A DNA stretch of 64,000 nt from an uncultured delta proteobacterium (GTDB lineage Bacteria; Desulfobacterota; Desulfomonilia; UBA1062), in NCBI GenBank assembly GCA_963798485.1, contig CAWCTR010000014.1, positions 32,001-96,000 of the forward strand, given 5' to 3'. Each line of letters opens with the position of its first letter. Positions within the stretch are counted from its first letter, which is position 1. A model generated the notes under the pieces. It did no database searches. It was not told the DNA's origin and was given only the letters and a program-made list of their open reading frames with translations. Positions 58,790-64,000 of this stretch are shown piece by piece. Position numbers and translations under genes: made by a program.

Positions 58790-59777
58790 CGCCATAACTG
58801 TAAAACCTATACCTTCGTTCAACGGCCTCTTTATAAGCCTTCATAATCCGATCATGCCCGCCAAAGGCACTCACCAGCATCAGGAGTGTGGAGCAAGGCA
58901 GGTGAAAGTTGGTCAGTAGCGCGCCGACTGACTTGAATGAAAATCCATTATAGATGAATATGTCTGTTGATCCTTTTCCAGGGGAGATCCTTCCTTGGGA
59001 ATGCATGAGGTGTTCCAGCACCCTGGTGGTCGTGGTGCCCACAGATACTATCCTCTTTCCTTTTGCCCTGGCATTATTAATGGCATCAGCTGCCTTGTGT
59101 GTTACAGCGAATTCTTCGGGGTGCATGGTATGTTCTTCTATTGACTCTGTGCGTACAGGGGTAAAGGTTCCAGGACCAACGTGCAGGGTCACATACACGA
59201 TCTCTATTCCTGATGATTCAATATTCCCAAGCATGTCTTTAGTGAAATGGAGACCGGCTGTAGGTGATGCTACAGAACCGTCATGACGTGCATATACCGT
59301 CTGATATGATTCTGAATCCTTTTCTTCTGGTTCCCGGTCGATATAGGGCGGCAGCGGAATCTTGCCTATACTCAGCACCTTTTTTTCTTCTGAGAAGGTC
59401 AACACACAGTCCTTACCTTCCCTATTCTCCACGAGCGCCTCAAGATTGTCGGCAAACATGATGACAGCACCCGCCCTCGTGGGTTTTGAGGCGCTTACGA
59501 GACATCTCCACTTCGTACCCTCTATTTGTTTGAGCAGGAGCACCTCCACCTGCCCCCCTGTCACTTTCCTGCCCAGGAGTCGCGCCGGTATAACCTTTGT
59601 ATCGTTCAGGACAAGCACATCTCCGGGATGAAGATAGGCAGGGAGGTCACTGAATTGTTTATGAAAAATCTTTCCCGTGTCCCGCTCCACGACAAGGAGC
59701 CGCTCCATGCCCCTCTCAAGGGGGTATCCGGCAATGAGTTGCCTTGGCATGTTATATGAGAATAGCTCAGTTTTCAT
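58770..59777 (-). CDS. queA: SAM:tRNA ribosyltransferase-isomerase
   Basis: NDTKVIPAR, PLPPYI, PTAGLHF, TLHVG, TNFHLP, YSYGDAM. Confidence 0.96.
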   Translation of the reverse strand: MKTELFSYNMPRQLIAGYPLERGMERLLVVERDTGKIFHKQFSDLPAYLHPGDVLVLNDTKVIPARLLGRKVTGGQVEVLLLKQIEGTKWRCLVSASKPTRAGAVIMFADNLEALVENREGKDCVLTFSEEKKVLSIGKIPLPPYIDREPEEKDSESYQTVYARHDGSVASPTAGLHFTKDMLGNIESSGIEIVYVTLHVGPGTFTPVRTESIEEHTMHPEEFAVTHKAADAINNARAKGKRIVSVGTTTTRVLEHLMHSQGRISPGKGSTDIFIYNGFSFKSVGALLTNFHLPCSTLLMLVSAFGGHDRIMKAYKEAVERRYRFYSYGDAMLII

Positions 59778-59844
59778 GCTTGCTCTATAATGCTGAGAAA
59801 ATAATCCATAGGTGTGGTCTTATATCTAAGATGATATGAAGGCG

Positions 59845-60864
59845 TCAATCCCGGAAAGACTTACAGTATCCTTCAGAAAATACCGGGGCTGCAATGGATT
59901 GTACCAGGCAGAGCGGATCGGGGCCGTAAACAACCCTATGACCTGAAGTACCCTTTGCCTTACTATATCTGAGGCATATGCCGGCTGCCCAGGCAAGATT
60001 CTCATCCGTATCGTGACCCCTTAATATGCAGAGTGGCCCGGGCACATCGTCTATCTTCAAAAAAGTATTGCCCGGATAGACAATGGTTGAGATAATCTCG
60101 TTTTCTTTCTCATCCCTCCCGACAATGAGTATGGTCCCTCTATTCAACACAAACTCCCTGCCAAGTACATCGGCAACGAGATCAGCCTTCTCAGGAAGGG
60201 CAGGTGAAAATCTGGCAAAGGTCCTCTTTACTTTATTTGAGATCTGCTCATCCGTAAGCAGACACCCACCTGCAGGCGTTGGCATATCTTCCTTTTTGAT
60301 GCCGTATGCAAGTGCACGCTCTATCTGTATCTTCCTCCCCCTGCCCGTTATGTTCCAGAGCCCTTCTCTTCTGACGATAACCATCCGCTCAGGTAGCGTC
60401 TCGATTAATTGCCGGGCGCATAAAGGTCTCAGGAGAATATCCTCCAGTCCGGACTCCCTCTCGATAACCTTCATGGTATCAGAGCGTTGCGACATTGGAC
60501 GCTGTCCAAGTACTTCACCGGTTATGACAAATGATGCATCCATTTTATCGATCAGTTCTTTTGTTTTCCTGAGCATTCCAATCTTGCAGTCGATACATGG
60601 GTTGAGGTGTTTTCCAAAACCATGGGCGGGCTTATTCACAATACGGATAATGTCATTCGTATAATCTATGATATGAATGTTAATATTATACTTATCCGCA
60701 TGTGCCTTTTTGAATTTCTCAGGATCTCGGAGGGCATCGAATCCAAAGAAAGGTGTGCAGAAATACAAGGGAATAACATCGATCCCCTGTTCTTCCATGA
60801 GCTTGATGGCAAGGATGCTGTCAAGCCCCCCGGAATACAGTGCAATACATCGCCTTGGCATCAT
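59845..60864 (-). CDS. PP-loop tRNA thiolase-like protein (ThiI/DUF814 type)
   Basis: SGGLDS, NPCIDCK, TGEVLGQRPMSQ, PAGGCLLT, GRDEKEN. Confidence 0.82.
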   Translation of the reverse strand: MMPRRCIALYSGGLDSILAIKLMEEQGIDVIPLYFCTPFFGFDALRDPEKFKKAHADKYNINIHIIDYTNDIIRIVNKPAHGFGKHLNPCIDCKIGMLRKTKELIDKMDASFVITGEVLGQRPMSQRSDTMKVIERESGLEDILLRPLCARQLIETLPERMVIVRREGLWNITGRGRKIQIERALAYGIKKEDMPTPAGGCLLTDEQISNKVKRTFARFSPALPEKADLVADVLGREFVLNRGTILIVGRDEKENEIISTIVYPGNTFLKIDDVPGPLCILRGHDTDENLAWAAGICLRYSKAKGTSGHRVVYGPDPLCLVQSIAAPVFSEGYCKSFRD

Positions 60865-60893
60865 CTATACTAACTTTAATAAGAAAAAAATAA

Positions 60894-60928
60894 AGTCTAT
60901 ACCTCACTACTCACGTGAGGTATAGACT
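60894..60928 (-). terminator. Terminator of the tRNA pair
   Basis: 14-bp perfect stem agtctatacctcac / gtgaggtatagact followed by a T-rich run on the minus strand. Confidence 0.8.
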
Positions 60929-60933
60929 ACTCC

Positions 60934-61009
60934 TGGCGGGAGCGACGAGACTTGAACTCGCGACCTCCGGCGTGACAGGCCGGCGTTATAACCACTTAAC
61001 TACGCCCCC
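60934..61009 (-). tRNA. tRNA-Asp(GTC)
   Basis: GGGGGCGTAGTTAAGTGG...CCGGCCTGTCACGCCGG...GTTCAAGTC...CCCGCCA. Confidence 0.96.
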
Positions 61010-61026
61010 TTAATCCATCATCACTC

Positions 61027-61102
61027 TGGTAGGCGGAACAGGGATTGAACCTGCGACCTTCGGCTTGTAAGGCCGACGCTCTCCCAACTGAGCTACCCGC
61101 CC
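61027..61102 (-). tRNA. tRNA-Val(TAC)
   Basis: GGGCGGGTAGCTCAGTTGG...TCGGCCTTACAAGCCGA...GGTTCAATCC...CCTACCA. Confidence 0.96.
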
Positions 61103-61126
61103 TGATTCTTATTTTATCAGAAAGAA

Positions 61127-61402
61127 CTACTTGTTTACGACTTCCTTGAACGCCTTGCCGGGTCTGAAGCGAGGTGCCTTTGAAGCCTTGATCTTGATGG
61201 TCTCTCTGGTCCTGGGATTTACTCCCTGTCGTGCGGCCCTCTGGGCAACATCAAACGTACCAAAACCAACTAACGTAACCTTATCCCCCTTTTTGAGTGC
61301 CGTCTGGATGGCCTCTGTGGTTGCATTAATCGCCTTCTCAGCAGCAGCCTTGGGGATCCCCGCCTTATTTGCCACAACGGATATCAACTCTGTCTTCGTC
61401 AA
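61127..61402 (-). CDS. hup: DNA-binding protein HU
   Basis: MTKTELI, VTLVGFGTF, RQGVNPRT, PRFRPGK; AGGAGG SD with TTG start. Confidence 0.95.
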   Translation of the reverse strand: MTKTELISVVANKAGIPKAAAEKAINATTEAIQTALKKGDKVTLVGFGTFDVAQRAARQGVNPRTRETIKIKASKAPRFRPGKAFKEVVNK

Positions 61403-61453
61403 AGCATACCTCCTATAAATGATATTTGTTTTCCCATGCCCCAGTGCACCTGA

Positions 61454-61482
61454 AAACTAACAACATTTATAATGGCTGTCAA
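61454..61482 (-). promoter_or_regulatory. sigma70 promoter of hup
   Basis: TTGACA, 17 nt, TAGTTT. Confidence 0.6.
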
Positions 61483-61486
61483 TAGC

Positions 61487-61615
61487 TCAGTTAAGGGCAC
61501 ATGCGATTATCTGGTCCATGTGTTCCACAAGATTGACCTGTCTTCCGTGTAACATATCCGTTGGAGTCTCGTGCAGGTCCTTCTCGTTATCCACAGTGAT
61601 GATCACAAGCTCAAA
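61487..61615 (-). pseudogene. lon: C-terminal remnant of Lon protease
   Basis: FELVIITVDNEKDLHETPTDMLHGRQVNLVEHMDQIIACALN* matches the Lon end (VIIP..NEKDL.EIP......I..VEHMDEVL..AL) and sits in the canonical clpX-lon-hup slot. Confidence 0.8.
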
Positions 61616-61618
61616 ATT

Positions 61619-62872
61619 TTATGCCTGAGAGGTCTTTCTCTCGTACACAATAATAGGCGGTTTACCCTTGAGCACCACATCCTGGCTGATGATGCATTCT
61701 TTGACCCCTTCCATGTCAGGGATATCGTACATGATGTCGAGCATGATCCCTTCCATGATTGATCTCAGGCCTCTCGCGCCGGACTTGCGCTTCATGGCTT
61801 CGGTAGCGACGGCCTTCAGTGCGTCTTTGGTAAAGGTAAGGTCCACCCCTTCGAGCTTCAACAGGGCCTGATACTGCTTCACAAGGGCGTTCTTGGGTTC
61901 GGTGAGGATAATAATAAGGGCATCTTCGTCAAGTTCATGGAGCGTGGAAACCACTGGCATGCGGCCGACAAACTCGGGGATCATCCCGAACTTGATAAGG
62001 TCTTCCGGTTGTACGTTCTTCAGTATCTCTCCGATATCGTGCTCTTTCTTTCCTGAGATCTCAGCAACAAAACCGATGGTCTTCTTGTCCAGTCTCTGAG
62101 AAATTATCTTATCGAGGCTGATGAATGCCCCTCCGCAAATGAAGAGGATATTGGACGTGTCGATCTGGATGAACTCCTGCTGGGGGTGTTTGCGCCCGCC
62201 TTTGGGTGGGATCGAGGCCATGGTGCCCTCAATCATCTTGAGCAGGGCCTGCTGCACACCCTCGCCTGATACATCCCTGGTGATGGATGGATTGTCGCCC
62301 CTTGAGGCAATCTTGTCGATTTCATCAATATATACGATGCCCTTCTGGGTACGCTCCACATCATAATCAGCATTCTGGAGGAGGTTCACTATAATGTTTT
62401 CCACATCCTCCCCGACATATCCCGCCTCGGTAAGCGTTGTGGCGTCTGCAATGGTGAAGGGTACATCAAGGATCTTGGCCAGTGTCTGCGCAAGCAGGGT
62501 CTTACCGCTTCCCGTGGGACCGATGAGCATTATGTTACTCTTGCTTATCTCCACCCCTCCGATGTTGGTGTTCGATTCAATCCGTTTATAATGGTTATGA
62601 ACCGCCACGGACAGGATACGCTTTGTCATCTCCTGGCCGATGACATACTCATCGAGAACCTCTTTTATCTCAGAGGGCTTGGGGATATTGGATGATGTGC
62701 TGAAATGCCGGTACTCACCCTCCTCTTCAGCGAGGATCTCGTTGCAAAGGGCGATGCACTCGTCACAGATGTATACATCAGGCCCCGCGATAAGCTTCCG
62801 GACCTCTTCCTGTGACTTTCCACAGAACGAGCACCTCAGCCCGGGCCTGTAGTGGTCATTAATTTTTGGCAT
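61619..62872 (-). CDS. clpX: ATP-dependent Clp protease ATPase subunit
   Basis: CSFCGK zinc finger, [25 protein letters not shown] loop. Confidence 0.97.
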   Translation of the reverse strand: MPKINDHYRPGLRCSFCGKSQEEVRKLIAGPDVYICDECIALCNEILAEEEGEYRHFSTSSNIPKPSEIKEVLDEYVIGQEMTKRILSVAVHNHYKRIESNTNIGGVEISKSNIMLIGPTGSGKTLLAQTLAKILDVPFTIADATTLTEAGYVGEDVENIIVNLLQNADYDVERTQKGIVYIDEIDKIASRGDNPSITRDVSGEGVQQALLKMIEGTMASIPPKGGRKHPQQEFIQIDTSNILFICGGAFISLDKIISQRLDKKTIGFVAEISGKKEHDIGEILKNVQPEDLIKFGMIPEFVGRMPVVSTLHELDEDALIIILTEPKNALVKQYQALLKLEGVDLTFTKDALKAVATEAMKRKSGARGLRSIMEGIMLDIMYDIPDMEGVKECIISQDVVLKGKPPIIVYERKTSQA

Positions 62873-63482
62873 CCGCCTTCTCCCCTTCTTTCTCCTTGGT
62901 GGGTCTCTTGAAGATGACGTGATCTATTATACCATACTTATGCGCTTCTGTCGCATCCATGAAAAAATCGCGTTCCGTATCGGTTGCTATCTTATCTATA
63001 GGCTGTCCGGTATGTTTTGACAAGATCTTGGTGAGGGCATCTTTGAGACGCGACATCTCTGCAACCTGGATATTCACGTCCGTGACCTGCCCCTGGGCTC
63101 CACCAAGAGGCTGATGGATCAAAATACGCGAATGCGGCAAAGCATAGCGCATGTCTTTTTCTCCTGCGGCAAGGAGTAATGCGGCCATGGACGCCGCCTG
63201 TCCGATACAGATTGTACTCACCTTGGACTTGATGTACTGCATAGTATCATAAACCGCCAATCCTGCAGTCACCGAACCTCCCGGCGAGTTGATGTAAAAG
63301 AAGATGTCCTTGTCAGGGTCTTCGGATTCCAGAAAGAGAAATTGGGCCACAAGAAGGTTGGCAATATCGTCATCGATCTCGGTTCCAAGCATGACAATCC
63401 TGTCCTTGAGCAACCGAGAATAGATGTCGTAGGAACGCTCCCCGCGGCTTGTCTGCTCCACTACTATGGGAACCAGTGTCAT
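62859..63482 (-). CDS. clpP: Clp protease proteolytic subunit
   Basis: [27 protein letters not shown]. Confidence 0.97.
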   Translation of the reverse strand: MTLVPIVVEQTSRGERSYDIYSRLLKDRIVMLGTEIDDDIANLLVAQFLFLESEDPDKDIFFYINSPGGSVTAGLAVYDTMQYIKSKVSTICIGQAASMAALLLAAGEKDMRYALPHSRILIHQPLGGAQGQVTDVNIQVAEMSRLKDALTKILSKHTGQPIDKIATDTERDFFMDATEAHKYGIIDHVIFKRPTKEKEGEKADAKN

Positions 63483-64000
63483 GCGGTCTTCTCCTCAATG
63501 CTAGCCACCTCTATGATGGTTGAATTTGTTATAATATAGTCATACACCTTTCGCTCCAATATGCCGAATCTCATCTCTTCCAGGCTTCCCCTCTCTTCGA
63601 AGCTCTTTCGAACAGCATCAGGTGTCATAGAGTACTTTTCGGCCATTGATGCAATTTCCTTGTCTAAATCTTCATCGGTAGCCTCAATGGCATTTGCCTT
63701 CGCTATGGCCTCGATGAGCAAGGTGGTCTTCACAAGCTTCTCAGCGGATGTCATGGTCTCTTCCCTCAGCGCTTCGCCATCGGGATAGACATCCTGCATC
63801 CTGACCCCCTGGGATGAAAGCCTCTGGGATATCCCCTGGAGCATCATCATGGCCTGGAACCTGACCATTGACTCGGGAACATCGAACGGGTTGGCCTCCA
63901 TGAGCTTGTCTGAGAGCTGTTTCTCCATGTATGTCCTGGAATCAGCCTCGAGCCGCCCGATAAGATCTTCCCCAATGGCCTTCCTGAGCTCGTCCACGTT
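63479..64000 (-). CDS. tig: Trigger factor (C-terminal part; start lies beyond the window)
   Basis: [21 protein letters not shown]; canonical tig-clpP-clpX order. Confidence 0.9.
   Translation of the reverse strand, partial: NVDELRKAIGEDLIGRLEADSRTYMEKQLSDKLMEANPFDVPESMVRFQAMMMLQGISQRLSSQGVRMQDVYPDGEALREETMTSAEKLVKTTLLIEAIAKANAIEATDEDLDKEIASMAEKYSMTPDAVRKSFEERGSLEEMRFGILERKVYDYIITNSTIIEVASIEEKTA

Noticed and set aside
61587-61595. Perfect DnaA box TTATCCACA
   Set aside because: Single box inside the lon remnant, with no box cluster, unwinding element or dnaA nearby; not an origin.
61487-61621. Programmed read-through producing a ClpX-Lon-tail fusion
   Set aside because: TAA stop with no recoding signal; an in-frame junction has a one-in-three chance.
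1-64000. CRISPR array, rRNA, prophage, cobalamin riboswitch, selenocysteine recoding
   Set aside because: By eye I found no regularly spaced repeats, rRNA or phage genes, B12-box near the corrinoid operon, or in-frame TGA in a conserved gene; an Infernal/Rfam scan would be needed to exclude riboswitches.

Overview
Chromosomal window from an anaerobic bacterium, most likely Desulfobacterota/'Deltaproteobacteria' (inferred from gene content). It has three zones. (1) 1-16.3 kb: a minus-strand catabolic operon controlled by two TetR paralogues. It combines two atypical acyl-CoA dehydrogenases, three paralogous helical-repeat hypothetical proteins, two pairs of 2-hydroxyacyl-CoA dehydratase/benzoyl-CoA reductase-type subunits and two ASKHA activases with an acetyl-CoA-synthase-beta-like fragment, a Zn/MtaA-type methyltransferase, a corrinoid protein and a CooC/AcsF Ni-ATPase. 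I cannot match this combination to a characterised pathway. (2) 16.5-27.4 kb: an amino-acid binding protein whose ABC transporter has been deleted, tRNA-Thr, and an AT-rich island. The island holds an IS110 remnant with a bridge-RNA-like 3' non-coding region, a complete amino-sugar/undecaprenyl/GT-C-TPR glycosylation cassette lying between two IS110 ends, and an intact IS4-family element. (3) 27.4-64 kb: mostly housekeeping genes (ferredoxin, IHF, radA, gspE/D/C with exeA, second EF-G, murI, OmpA, lipA, hom, apgM, HDOD proteins, rsmI, panP, secDF-yajC-tgt-queA, tRNA-Asp/Val, HU, clpXP, tig). Hidden in this zone are a sigma-28-driven small protein resembling the flagellin C-terminus and a scar left by deletion of lon. 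No CRISPR array or rRNA was seen.
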